A DNA stretch of 64,000 bases from Octopus sinensis (GCF_006345805.1 NC_043015.1:36766001-36830000), one strand, 5' to 3'; positions 43,022 through 56,929 are shown, numbered from the stretch's first letter. The notes: generated from the letters alone by a model not told the origin. Numbers and translations: made by a program.

Positions 43022-43682
43022 ATTAGTAGATGTTGTACATGTCGTGGTAGTCGTAGCAGAAAAATGGGGAAAACGAGGGAGAATAGGTGGAAGGAAGGGG
43101 TTTGACTAGAAAGGAAAAGGAAGAGAAGAAGCAGAAGGGAGAAGAGAAGGAAAAGAAAAAAAACCATAGCAACGACAGCAACAACAAGAACGCTTTCTTT
43201 CATTGATTCGAAACTTTAAAAAGGGAAATCTGTAGGCGTGGTGGCACAAGGAAAAAAAAAAGTCAAAATCAATATCTAAAAGGGATTCTATATTGATTTA
43301 AGACAAAATCAATATAATAATGAGACAGTAATAAATACATAGCAACTAATAAGAAGAAGAGTAATTAACAAGGAATTAATGAGAAAATATTTAGAAAATG
43401 GCAAACTTCTGCTGTGGATCGTCTCCGGTCCGGACACTGAAATGTTTTTACATGATATCCATTTAATCAATTTAATCGTCCTTACAAAACCCAGAAATCC
43501 ATGGCCGACAGAGCAAATTGCATAAAGAAATAAAAGGGTAGAAAAATACTAAAGGAAAACATGCTTTAATGAGAGAGGAGAAAAAGAAAGAAAACGAGAG
43601 CAATTAGCGAACAGTTAAACATATCTGCTCTCAATCTATGCATTTTAAAAAGATGTTGAGAGGCCTTAAAAATATTTGTGTT

Positions 43683-43717
<35 letters not shown>

Positions 43718-43721
<4 letters not shown>

Positions 43722-44071
43722 AAATGAAGAAAATGCTGACAAAATAATTTAAGTAAGGGAGAGTGTATTTAATTAGGTGAAAGTTCTTTTTACCGGTTGC
43801 GCATTTGTGATGCTTATCAAATGATATTTTTTTAAGAGAGATAGAGTTCCTTTCTGATAGATTTTTTCCCTTATCTGATAAGGGAAAAAAATCAGAAAGG
43901 AACTCTATCACTCTTTAAAAAATATCTTTTGATAAGCATAACAAATGCGCAACCGGTAAAAAGAACTTTCACCTAATTAAATACACTCTCCCTTACTTAA
44001 ATTATTTTGTCAGCATTTTCTTCATTTCCCTTTTTTTATATATCACAACTTGTGTTCCACATCTCCTTTTT

Positions 44072-44112
<41 letters not shown>

Positions 44113-44654
44113 TTTAAAGCAGCAGAAAATTCAACAAAACCTGTTACTCTGAGTTTCCCATTGCCGTTCATCGGACAGTTTTTGCTTGAGAACAATTCTT
44201 TTGTGGTGGATTCCCTTTGCGGATCTATTTCTAGCGTTAGAGTGACCACATGTGTCCCTCTCTTATTACTTGTATTAATATATATATATATATATATATA
44301 TAGGGAAATGAAGAAAATGCTGACAAAATAATTTAAGTAAGGGAGAGTGTATTTAATTAGGTGAAAGTTCTTTTTACCGTTGCGCATTTGTGATGCTTAT
44401 CAAATGATATTTTTTTAAGAGAGATAGAGTTCCTTTCTGATAGATTTTTTCCCTTATCTGATAAGGGAAAAAAATCAGAAAGGAACTCTATCACTCTTTA
44501 AAAAATATCTTTTGATAAGCATAACAAATGCGCAACCGGTAAAAAGAACTTTCACCTAATTAAATACACTCTCCCTTACTTAAATTATTTTGTCAGCATT
44601 TTCTTCATTTCCCTTTTTTTATATATCACAACTTGTGTTCCACATCTCCTTTTT

Positions 44655-44691
<37 letters not shown>

Positions 44692-44855
44692 TTTAAAGCA
44701 GCAGAAAATTCAACAAAACCTGTTACTCTGAGTTTCCCATTGCCGTTCATCGGACAGTTTTTGCTTGAGAACAATTCTTTTGTGGTGGATTCCCTTTGCG
44801 GATCTATTTCTAGCGTTAGAGTGACCACATGTGGTCCTCTCTTATTACTTGTATT

Positions 44856-44880
<25 letters not shown>
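43718..44880. repeat. Tandem duplication of a ~580-bp unit (313-bp palindrome plus a PLE-like terminal segment with a hammerhead-like motif)
   Basis: Units start at 43718 and 44302. Palindromes span 43718-44031 and 44302-44614, and minus-strand CCGATGA...GAAACTCAGAGTAACAG motifs lie at about 44137-44183 and 44716-44762. Confidence 0.85.
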
Positions 44881-44908
<28 letters not shown>

Positions 44909-45356
44909 GTGGGGTGAGGGTATGTATTTTTATATGTATGTATATTCTATCACCATCTTTGATAGACATTTCAAGACATTTTATCAAAGGTGCTCTGGCT
45001 GACGACGCAGTTCATTGTCTACTCTCTTTGTCCCATCCGCCGCAGCCACGTTGCCCGGTGTCCTCCTAGGAATCTCGGTGCTCGTGTTTGGGATGCCCTC
45101 CATCGTTCACCCGCTTCATCCTACTATTACCACTGCTACTGCAACTGCTGCTTCTGATCCTCTCCTCACTCCCTGCTGCTGCTGTTACTACTACTACTAC
45201 TACTACTATTACTACTACTACTACTACTACTAATAATAATAATAATAATAATACTAATACTACTACTTATTTCCTCATTCTCTAATCTTCCTTTTTGTTA
45301 TCCTCCTCCTCTACATCATTACCACCACCATGATAACCATCACCATCATCATCATC

Positions 45357-45545
45357 ATGGTGGCGAACTGCCTGAATCGTTATTGCATCGGACAAGTTAC
45401 CACCCAGCATTTCTTCCGGCAATTTACATTCTGACTTGAAATTTCACCGAGGTTGACGACACCTTTCATCCATTTGTGGTTGACGAAATAAGAACCAATT
45501 GAATGCTGCAGTCGATTTGATAGACTTATCTCTCCCTAGAATTGC
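45357..45545 (+). mobile_element. SINE family B, degenerate
   Basis: ggtggcgaactgcctgaatcgtta...caccgaggttgac...ctttcatccatttgtggttgacgaaataag. Confidence 0.7.
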
Positions 45546-46305
45546 TAGTCTGCCCAAAGAAGCGAGAAATCACAGATTTGCTCTTCATTAGGTTTCTTGC
45601 GTGATATGGGTCCATCAGGGTTCATCACGAAATATATATGTGGCTAATTGTTTTTGAGCACATCCATATCTTCTCCTCATTAATCTCGAATTCCCTGAGG
45701 AATTTTGTCAAGGCACTGAAATATTAAAGGCCTTTCAGCAATAATTCGCAACAGAAATGCGCCATTGCTCTGAAGAGACGGCGGACCTTTGTTACTAAAC
45801 AGTATCTTCCACTTCGCTGCTTCGTAAAGCTTTCAATCGCGTATCTTGTTGCTAGATCTTACGTGTCTGCTAGATCTTATATGTGTGCTTATAAGTGTGT
45901 GTGTGTATGTGTGTGTCTGTGTGTGTGTGTGTGTGTGCGTGCGTCACTGCAGTTATTTCGCGTCTTCTCTGTAAAGATTCGTACATTTATCTGAAGAGAC
46001 CTTAGAAATTTATCAAAAGCGTGCTATCCGAGGTATCCGTGATGGAATATATTTCAAATAACTACCATTCTGTTCGAAGACAATAATTTCTTTGATAATA
46101 ACCCTTTCTTCGATGTATGATGCATCTTCTAAGTTGATAGACCTACCCGGGCAATGCAACTTTACATTTGAAAATTCAGCTTAGTTCTTCCAGTGTATTG
46201 AAGTTTGAAGCACAACGCCTTGTTCAGTGTATTTTATAAACGAATATTCCAAGTGATTTTATATATACATACATAAAAACATACATACGTACATACATAT
46301 ATATA

Positions 46306-46349
<44 letters not shown>

Positions 46350-46356
46350 TGTGTGT

Positions 46357-46705
46357 GGAGGCGCAATGGCCCAGTGGTTAGGACAGCGGGCTCACTGTTT
46401 CGATCCCTGACCGAGCGTTGTGAGTATTTATTGAGCGAAAACACCTAAATCTCGACGAGGCTCCGGCAGGGCTGGCAGCAAACCCTGCTGCACTCTTGCA
46501 CCACAACATTCTCTCACTCCTTCTTCCTGTTTCTGTCGTACCTGAATTTAAAAAGGGCAAGCCTTGTCACACTTTGTGTCACGCTGAATCTCCCTGCGAA
46601 CTACGCTAACGGTACACGTGTCTGTGGAGTGCTCAGCCACTTGCACGTTAATCTCCCGAGCAGACTGTTCCGTTGATCGGATCAACGGGAACCGACAGAG
46701 TGTCA
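46357..46705 (+). mobile_element. tRNA-derived SINE family C
   Basis: Head ggaggcgcaatggcccagtggttagg (A box) and tttcgatccc (B-box-like). A second head copy lies at 42930. Confidence 0.8.
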
Positions 46706-47148
46706 CGATACATACATATATACACGCATACATTTGTTCGCACCACATACACAGACACACAAACGAATATGTACACATAATTATATACACAGAGATACAG
46801 ACATGTATATCGCATGTAGTATGCGACTTAGTGTATGTGCCTGAATGTATATACTTATACATATACATATATATCCGTGTGCAAGTATAGGTGTGTGTGT
46901 GCATTAGTGTGTGTGTATGCATATATATCGCTAATTAACTAATGAGATGCTTATGTTCGACTATACTGTACGTCAGAGCTAATTAGTCATTTCATGTGTA
47001 ATTAACGATATAATGACGGGAGAAGTTTTTCTGTGAATTTAAATTGATGCCAGAAAATATTGTTTAGTGAAGAATTTTACAAGAGCACATTCATTTGCAT
47101 CTGTCAATGGGAATGCTTGTATGAATGTGCAAGTGTATGTCTCTCTGC

Positions 47149-47200
<52 letters not shown>

Positions 47201-47221
47201 CTCGCTCACATTCTCTCTCCA

Positions 47222-47257
<36 letters not shown>

Positions 47258-47407
47258 TCTAGAAATACTCATTCACATATGTACGTGTGTAATATGTGTT
47301 TATATTTATAATAAACACATACATATATAATTGTATCACGATATTCACAACGTATATATGTGCGTATAAATGCATACAGATGTACGCGTGTATGTATTTA
47401 TATATAT

Positions 47408-47458
<51 letters not shown>

Positions 47459-47937
47459 GTATATGTATACATATCTATATATATATATACATACATATAT
47501 ATATACATATATATACATATATATACATATATATACAGATATATATGTATGTATTCATGCTCACAGACACAGACACACACACACACGCACACATATAGAT
47601 ATACTCCAGGGCATGAGCATACTTATATATTCTACTAATTTGCTTGTAGCTATGTACATCTCTTCTCTTTATCTTTAGGTACGTACTTATATATTAACAT
47701 ATACTCGTATCTAAACATCCATACACACGGATGCACATATGCACACGCACGTGTGTGTGTGTGTGTGTGAGTGTATATATATATATATATCTATATATAT
47801 TTCTGCACAAAATATATACATACACATGCATTTGCATCTCTATAGTGAGTATAACGTAGTTTTACGTCTGTCTAAACCTGTGCTCGCTTCTATGTTTTTA
47901 CACATAGACATATATATATATATACGTGTGGGTGTCA

Positions 47938-47969
<32 letters not shown>

Positions 47970-48589
47970 CGTGTGGGTGTCAATTCAGCTCTGCTTCTCT
48001 TCACACATTCACATTGCCGAAGTGATAATTGGTTTCAGTAGTACTATTGTAAATAATATAATTATGAAAAGTCTCTTAATGAGTTGAAGAATATCACCAA
48101 TGTGTCGCAGAGTATTAAGCCATGCTTAGTGACAATAAAAGAAATCGGTAAATTCTTCATTCAGCTTCAAATAGATTCGTTAGTAAATTCCATTGCTTTT
48201 TTTTTTACTTTAGACGTAATTCCTTCTAGTACAATAGTTGTTTGTGTATATACATACATGCATGCATACATACATACATACATACATACATACATACATG
48301 CATGCATACATACATACATACATACATACATGCATGCATACATACATACATACATATATACATACATACATACATACATACACACATACATAATGAAATA
48401 TGATCTTTATAACATAACAAGTAATGCTACGACGCACTGGTAGACCAGCCACTGAATTACCGACTAACTGGCAGTTAATAAGTGACACAAAGCTCAAACA
48501 CATATAAAAATTAAAATTACTGTCGCATCATTATAAGGCGGCATACTTCTAAGGCGGCATGCTTCTAAGGTGGCATACTTCTAAGGTGG

Positions 48590-48785
48590 CATACTGGCAG
48601 AATTGATAGTAGGCCAGGCAGAATGCTTTGCGGATATCGTCGGTCCTTGTGTTTTGAGTTAAAAATTCCGCCGAGGTCGACCTTGCCTTTCATCCTTTGG
48701 GTCGATAAAATGAATACCATTTGAACACTGGAGTCCAATAAGTACACTGACTCGCTCCACCGAAATTGCTGGCTTCTACCAATAT
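48590..48785 (+). mobile_element. SINE family B preceded by a tandem-amplified 5' end
   Basis: ttccgccgaggtcgaccttgcctttcatcctttgggtcgataaa, with 16-bp repeats at 48534-48595. Confidence 0.75.
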
Positions 48786-48807
48786 ATGGAATCAATATTA
48801 TAAGTAA

Positions 48808-49135
48808 AATGTGTAAAGACCCTCTTCGGTCATCACCTGCATCAACTGCACCTAGAAAGCTCCCCTGCGAGGTGCAAGTTCGAGAAGGTTGTTTATGGAA
48901 ATACGACAGTTGCCCATACCAGACTCCCCGCTCCATGCCGTTGGTGTTATCCAAGGGAAAGGCAAAGGCTGATACAGCTTGGCACCTGTGACGTCGCAAC
49001 ACATTTCTACAGCTGAGTGGACTGCAGCAACATAAAATAAAGTGTCTTGCTCAAGAACACAACACACAACCTTGTTCGGCAATGGAACTCATAACCTCAT
49101 GATCCTGACCGCGACGCTCTAATCACCGAGTCGTC
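48808..49135 (-). mobile_element. tRNA-derived SINE family E
   Basis: Minus strand has a tRNA-like head followed by tgtgttcttgagcaagacactttt...cactcagctgtagaaatg. A related fragment lies at about 15330-15430. Confidence 0.7.
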
Positions 49136-49302
49136 ATATGTATTACAACTGCGTAGAACTATACACCCGTTGGTTTAGGATTACTATGCGCTTTGTAGCC
49201 TGACCCAGGGTAGAAGTACTCTTGTGAGTTCGACAACATATCTCAAATGCCATATATTGTGCATTAAATATAAATATAAATATATGTGTGTGTATGTATG
49301 TA

Positions 49303-49380
<78 letters not shown>

Positions 49381-49391
49381 ATATATATATA

Positions 49392-49426
<35 letters not shown>

Positions 49427-50425
49427 ATTTGAGGATATAATCATTAAAATGATTGTATCAGTGGTTAGCATATAAAATATTTTTAAAATCTGTTGGTCAA
49501 AAGGTAAAGATCATAAAATACCAACTTATCGGTAAAATAATTTTTAAGTATATAATTACAATAATATAATTATGATAAAGGCGCTGTAATGCGAAATCTA
49601 TTGAAATAGAGAAGAAATTTAGAGCGGATTGTAGACATTTAACGTCTACTTCTAGCGTATAGGCGTTGACATTCCAGCGCCCTTAATTATAATTATAGTT
49701 TTATAATTATATACTTAATATAAATATATATGTATGTATGTGTATTTATATGCACAAATATGTTTTTATGCATATATATTTATATGAATATATTTATATG
49801 CAAATAATGCTATTTGTGCATATACATATATATTTGTGTGTATGTATATACATTTGTATTCATATATATATGTATTCATATACATGTGCGTTTGTTGCGT
49901 ATGTGCGTGTGTGTATATGCTTCTAATCTTCATACACACAAATATTTATATGTGAACACACAGAGTAATACATTTATGCATAGTCGAATGAAGGCAGATG
50001 ATTGCTCATAAGAAATTAAAATTTTATTTGCAAATTAATTCATACCCTCATAGTAGGACTCATTAAAGTTTATGCAAACTAACATGGCGATATGAACAGC
50101 AGGTCACACAGACTTTGAATATACGCTTGATGTTCTTAAACTTTAATCTAATTTTCAAATAACCTTAATTTAATATTTAAATATACAAACATAAAAATGC
50201 AATTATGCAAATATACTAATTTCCAAACATCCAAATGTTATAATTTTCAAACAGAACAGTCAAAATTCCAGATGAATCGATATTAGAATGCTACGGAAAT
50301 ATTTGTATATATCAATCGCAGAAGTAAAGATTTATAAAACATTTTGACTGATGGACAAATCCACACAGATATATATATGTATGTATGTATGTATTATGTA
50401 TGAACAGTTATGAGATATGAATATG

Positions 50426-50488
<63 letters not shown>

Positions 50489-50837
50489 AATAATATTGAT
50501 AATAACACATGCTGAACAAGATTCGTCACAGTTGCGTATAGAATAATGTGCTGAAGTAACTAAATAAAAAGTCAATCCGAACTGGGCGTGTTCACATAAT
50601 CACGCATACTACAAATCATTGACGAGAATTTATTTCAGGAAGAAAGAAAAATTATTTCAGTCGTGATAATTAATTATCATTTTGTTATCAATTCTGATAT
50701 CGACAACATTTTATATCTTTTTTACCCCTCATAAATAGATATTAATGTTTTATATAACCTATAAATTTATATTTTATTGAATCAAGATGAAACAATTGTA
50801 AATTGATGTAGTAAAATGGCTTACTCACTCCATTCCA

Positions 50838-50884
<47 letters not shown>

Positions 50885-52144
50885 TAATATATATATATAT
50901 AATATATATATATATAGATATATATATATTATATATATATACATATACATATACACATTTGTATACACACACACATATATATATATGTATATATATTCTA
51001 CTAAATATACATTTGTATACACAGACACACATATATATATATATGTATATATATATATTATATATATATATATATATACACTCTACTAATTTGCTTGTAA
51101 CTATGCACGTCTATTCTCTTTATCTGTGTATGTACATATATCTATGTATATATCTCTAGTATTATTTTTTTTATGATGTTGCACACTATCCAATATCGTA
51201 ATATTGTTCATTGACTTGTTTGTGTCCACCCGGGGTTTATACTGTTTGTCAAGTCACAACAAGGACCTCAGACAGACAGTACTTTATGCAATATGCATGT
51301 AGTTCTAAGTAATGCCGGGTTTTGCAATATACCTAGAATGTAGTGTATTCCAAAGTTGCCACATGTCTTTTTCAGGTTGGCAGTTATTAAACCCAATGCT
51401 CCGATAACAATAGGGACAATCTCTATGTTTAACTCTCGTAGCTGCTACATCTTATATCTCAATTTTTTGTCTCTTTTTACATGAAAATACATTTTGATTA
51501 CCCGGCACTGCTACGTCGATTATTAAGCACTCTTGTGACGCCACAACTTGCAGTGGTTTGGGACAAGTCTAGGACATTCGTTCGTGATATGTGCAGAGGA
51601 CAGAAACGGGAACCACGTTTCTTTGCTAAGCGAGCTTCACACGCAGACACACACACACATACGCACACACACAAATACTCACATTAATATACACATATAC
51701 TCATCGTCTGAGATTACAAGAACCAGTCATGGCACATTCAATTCCCAGTCGGGGAAGTTAAAAGAATACGTTTACGTTTTAACCATTTGCACTTCCATAG
51801 ACATTATTGTCGAGAGGGAAAATATAATGGAAAGAGAAAAGATGAAATGAGACGATCACCACATGCTGTAAATGATTAGAAGAGCAAGAGGACGCTAGCG
51901 GTTTGAGTGGTAAGGGAACCCTACCAAAGTACTTCACATGGGTTCACATAAGCAATTTTGCTCGGGCGCAATAGCGAAATCAATCAATCAATAAAAATAA
52001 TAATAGTAATAATAATGATAAAAATGGTAATAATGAGATCCATGGTTAAGACTTAGAGTCACCTTGTAGAAACAATGACAATATAGGTTTATACTAGTGT
52101 GTGTGTACGTATATATATATATATATATATATATCTATATATAT

Positions 52145-53105
52145 ATGAGTAACAATGAAGGGTGAAATTAATTAATTTGGAACAATTATCAATTACACCA
52201 AGTAGTCTTCGGCATGTAAAAGCCTCATTCGAGGAAAATTTAAGTAATACTAAGCAATTAAGGGTTTAGCAACGAATTGCCTTACCACACACCGAATTTA
52301 GAAATAGCAGTCAAAGAGATTATAGCTATTTCTTCTACTAAAAGGGAGATCAAAGTAAAGGCACGGCATTTGAAAGGCAAACACAAACAGGTAAAAGAGA
52401 ATGAATTAACGGCAATCTATCATACCGTTTTAAGTCACCTACGGACGTACGTTTCGAGATCAAGTCTTAGGAAAGCGTAAGAATTAGATAACTCTACCTT
52501 ATCCAGACTTCTTCTTCCATCAGCGCAGGATACAAACAATCATGAATGATTGAATATTGAATTTTGAGATACTAGAAGGCACCAACTAAACTCAGTATCA
52601 GAGCGAGCTAGAAGCCACAGCTAGTATCACCAAATTCAAAGTATGAATGAAAGTTTGTGCCACCAGTCCCTTCCCACCCGCGTGTAGCCAAGACAAAGTG
52701 CTGTGGTCATTTACTGAGATGAATATGGTTATGAGTAACAATGAAGGGTGAAATTAATTAATTTGGAACAATTATCAATTAATTGATAATTAATTGATTA
52801 ATTTGGAACAATTATCAATTAATTGATAATTGTTCCAAATTAATTAATTTCACCCTTCATTGTTACTCATAACCATATTCATCTCAGTAAATGACCACAG
52901 CACTTTGTCTTGGCTACACGCGGGTGGGAAGGGACTGGTGGCACAAGCTTTCATTCATACTTTGAATTTGGTGATACTAGCTGTGGCTTCTAGCTCGCTC
53001 TGATACTGAGTTTAGTTGGTGCCTTCTAGTATCTCAAAATTCAATATTCAATCATTCATGATTGTTTGTATCCTGCGCTGATGAAAGAAGAAGTCTGGGT
53101 AAGGT

Positions 53106-53110
<5 letters not shown>
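52145..53110. mobile_element. Non-coding PLE-like element: 586-bp unit with 51-bp terminal direct repeats plus a 291-bp inverted duplication
   Basis: 52145-52195 is identical to 52731-52781. 52491-52781 is the reverse complement of 52820-53110 with about 3 mismatches. Flanks are (TA)n and (TG)n. Confidence 0.8.
52438..52529 (-). ncRNA. Type I hammerhead-like motif with an extended stem II
   Basis: Minus strand: CCTGCG-CTGATG(G/A)-long hairpin-GAAAC-GTAC-GTC-CGTAGG. Stem I is 6 bp, the stem III loop GTAC is palindromic, and the site is GUC. Confidence 0.6.
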
Positions 53111-53186
<76 letters not shown>

Positions 53187-53372
53187 GCAGAGCAACCTAA
53201 AACAGCTGCTCTACTGGGGTGTTGACCAAGATAATTAGTAACCGATTATCAAAGATTATAATGAGCGGAAAGAGACACCGTGAAACCTCTGGCAACAGGC
53301 CGCTGTCCGCTCTCAGCGTATCAGCCAAGACAAGCAAGAGAAGTATAATAACTACAACTACTGCTGCTGCTC

Positions 53373-53424
<52 letters not shown>

Positions 53425-54261
53425 CACTACTACTACTACTACCACTACTACTACTACTACAAGAACTACTGTGATAAGCAACACACCAGTAATCAATGCA
53501 GGGTGAAGCATATTGTACAATAGTTTTTTTATGACGTCATGCAACTGATATTACATGGGACACGCCACATCAACTGAGTTGTGCAAAGTACAAGTTGAAT
53601 GTACTTTACAAATTTCTCTAAAAATATACTGGATATTAATAAAATATTAATAACACATTGTATGGAATTCTGTGGCATATTAATGATTTCGTGTCTAATT
53701 AATGAGGTATAATACGAAGACATATATTTCTACCAATATCATTCATTTCCTTCCTATAATGTTTTAGTTTCATAAATAACTACATTTCGTTGTATTGTGA
53801 CATGTCTGTTTAAGTTTCACTTAAGGTCGATTGTCTTATGCCTCACTTCACAACGAAGCTCTAAATCGATGGCAAATTTGCAGGAATACAACAAATAAAT
53901 AAATATGACAATTATAGAATTTCGCTTGGAACCATTCATTAGTGCGTTTGTTACTGTTTGTTTTATTTATGAATTTCCCTGTGGTATTATTTCTCAAGAA
54001 TGATGACTTGAAAATATGGCTTGAATGTGTGTGTGTACATGTATGTATGTATGTATGTATGTTAGAGTGTATACATATCTCTAAAAATCTCTCTATACAT
54101 GCATATATACTATATACATGCATTACACACGCATACACATACGTATCAAAATACGTGTGTGCATCAAACTACGCGCGTTTTTCCACATGCACACACAACA
54201 CCACGCCAATCAGAATTGCTTCTCTGTGCTGGGGAGCTGCCCATCCAATTGGATGCCACCT

Positions 54262-54790
54262 GTAGGTCAGTTCCGTAGCATAGACTTGGTCGTGCACGAC
54301 TTTACAGTGCCAGTTGACCGATTCAATTTCAAACAAAGATTCCTCAGGCTCAATCGATCGCCCTTCGCGATCTCCGTCACCGCATTGACATCGTCGTCAA
54401 CCCAGCAGACAAAGTGGAGCAGTGGGGGTGTGGCGCACGAACCTATACTGGGCGGAAGCGCTCAGCCAGCTTCGAAATATCCTTACCCCTATCACCTCCT
54501 CCCCTCCGACTCCACCTCCTCCTACCAACAGCACGTGTCCTGTCCTACACCATCCATAACCTCGTCTACTCTCCTGCCCTCCTCCCACCGCCACCGCCTT
54601 CCTCGTCCGAACATCCTGTACCTCCACCAGCTATTTCCTTCCCAAAATACATAAACCCAACAACCCTGGCTGCCCCATTGTTTCCGCCTCCACAGAAATC
54701 ATCTCAAAATAATTTGACCGCATCCTGTCACCTTTGGCTGCTGCCCTCCTATCACAAATGCATGACTCCCTTCACCTTTTATTCTACTGT
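54262..54790 (+). pseudogene. Penelope-like element reverse transcriptase N-terminal remnant
   Basis: Frameshifted ALRDLRHRIDIVVNPADK/GAVGVWRTNLY...EALSQL; YFLPKIHKPNNPGCPIVS...EIISK*FDRILSPL. These are PLE RT hallmark motifs. Confidence 0.85.
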
Positions 54791-55154
54791 TCATGTTATG
54801 GTAATTGCCATCGGTTGTGGAACTTTTAACTAGAATGCTAAGAGCACTTGGAATAATATGAAGAATTCCCTAATTTTGCGCACAATTCCATAAAGAAAGC
54901 GAACGTTACGCGCACTTCTTGTCAACGTTCTGCAAAATATTTATTATAAAATAAAGTTGAGGCAAACTGTGCGGAAGTTATTTTTATGATTGAGTATTAA
55001 TCAGACTTTCAAAGCAAGTTAATGAATAAATAAATAGATAAACATCATCATTGTGTCCATATCTATTATTCATGGATAAAACTTGCTACCTTAAAACGTT
55101 TGATGAAGCAAATATTTATAGCAATCAGACACAGTTACTATATTTTGCGAAATC

Positions 55155-55320
55155 TGAAGGCATCGAGCTGGCAGAATCGTTAGCAGGCCGGGCGAAATGC
55201 TCCGCGGTCTTTCGTCTGTCTTTACTTATTGGGTTCAAATTCCGCCGAGGCTGACTTTGTATTTCCTCCTTTCTGGGGGTAATGAATAAGTACCAGTTGA
55301 ACACGTTATGGTGATAGAGA
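55155..55320 (+). mobile_element. SINE family B
   Basis: ggcatcgagctggcagaatcgttagcaggccgggcgaaatgc...ttcaaattccgccgagg. Confidence 0.85.
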
Positions 55321-55598
55321 AAATCAAGGAGCTCTCTCCTATAGGAATGTGAAGTCCTTTGCGAGGTAATGCGGGTCGGTGACAGAAGTAAATGGCCACC
55401 TCTCGGAACCGTTTCATATCCCATGCTCCACCCGACAAGAGTCCCCACTTTCATCTCGGACCAGATCTTATAGTTTTTTCGTAACTGGCACAAACTGATT
55501 AGATTTTGGGATCGATCCGGTAATGGAAAAGGATTCTGGATTATTTTTCTGTTTTTTTTTTTGCCTAATTTTTGTGAGCAGTTGTCATTTTAGTATTT

Positions 55599-55643
<45 letters not shown>

Positions 55644-55667
55644 TATTATTATTATTATTATTGAGAG

Positions 55668-56222
55668 AGAGAGAGCAGTGCATGCCATCAAAGTAACACT
55701 GGGGTAAAATATACGAAGCCCTGTATACTCATCATGACTACCCGTCTGATGAGGGTACACTAGGCACATGCATCACAACCATATGTGCGCGACATGGTGA
55801 TCTCATATCAAGATAAACAGCACATGACCTTGCAGGTGGGGCCCAGTTAGAATTTTCTTCAGGTCGAGTAACCCATCCCACTCGAAAGGTCCCTGAATAA
55901 GGGTTGTTTAAGGATGTTGAACGAAACACCCATGTTTCCAGAGGTGAATTATTCAAACCCCAAAGAATCCCCCTCAACACATGGCTATGATGCTCCCCCA
56001 CTACTTCTGCTCGTGATCAGAGATGCACATATCGTCAGCCACTAAGGGACATGCTCAACTGGTTAAAGTCAAACAACTGACAAGCAAATCTGTGGTATTG
56101 AGCAGAATATTTGCTGTAGCCCATCTTTTATACCAAGACAAAACAATGTACATGATAACACTTCCAATCAGTTAAGATCAGAAGCCATGAGAGCCACTGC
56201 CTGGTACTGCATCAGGGCATTT
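55668..56222. mobile_element. Interspersed repeat of unclear class (~550 bp, flanked by ATT repeats)
   Basis: GC-balanced block bounded by (ATT)n on both sides. It resembles a high-copy octopus repeat from recollection only; this is unverified and there is no second copy in the window. Confidence 0.45.
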
Positions 56223-56284
56223 ATTATTATTATTATTATCATTATTATTATTATTATTATTATTACTCTTTTACTCTTTTACTC

Positions 56285-56678
56285 TTTTACTTGTTTCAGT
56301 CATTTTGACTGCGGCCATGCCGGAGCACCGCCTTTAGTCGAGCAAATCGACCCCAGGACTTATTCTTTGTAAGCCCAGTACTTATTCTATCAGGCTCTTT
56401 GCCGAACCGCTAAGTGACGGAGACTTAAACACACTAGCATCGGTTGTCAAGCAATGCTAGGGGGACAAACACAGATACACACGCACACATACATATATAT
56501 ATATATACATATATACGACAGGCTTCTTTCAGTTTCCGTCTACCAAATCCACTCACAAGGCATTGGTCAGCCCGGGGCTATAGCAGAAGACACTTGCCCA
56601 AGAGGCCATGCAGTGGGACTGAACCCGGAACCATGTGGTTGGTTAGCAAGCTACTTACCACACATCCACTCCTGCGCC
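56285..56678 (-). mobile_element. SINE family A, full length
   Basis: High identity to 32335-32736. Confidence 0.9.
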
Positions 56679-56750
<72 letters not shown>

Positions 56751-56899
56751 TTGGATTGGCTGAGGTTCGATCTTATTCCAGGTAGGATTTATACAGGTAG
56801 CGTGTTACTACCTGTAACTTTAAGTATCCACATGTTTTAGCTGTCTTTCAATTGCTTAGAAACCTCCTGATAACCTTTGCTGGCCCTAAGATGCAAACT

Positions 56900-56929
56900 C
56901 TCTGTAGCAGCTCTACTTCTACTGTTATC

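Noticed and set aside
43875-43915. Possible hammerhead at the centre of the 313-bp palindrome (CTGATAA…GAAAGGAACTCTA)
   Set aside because: G8 is missing, stem II is poor, stem III is not palindromic, and the 5' strand of stem I is absent.
44990-45130. GC-rich island sharing the 13-mer tttgggatgccct with about 14689
   Set aside because: There is no extended homology or convincing exon structure, so it is probably coincidence.
32660-49135. tRNA-like sequences with A and B boxes
   Set aside because: They are SINE heads continuing into repeat bodies, with no complete cloverleaf, so they are not called tRNA genes.
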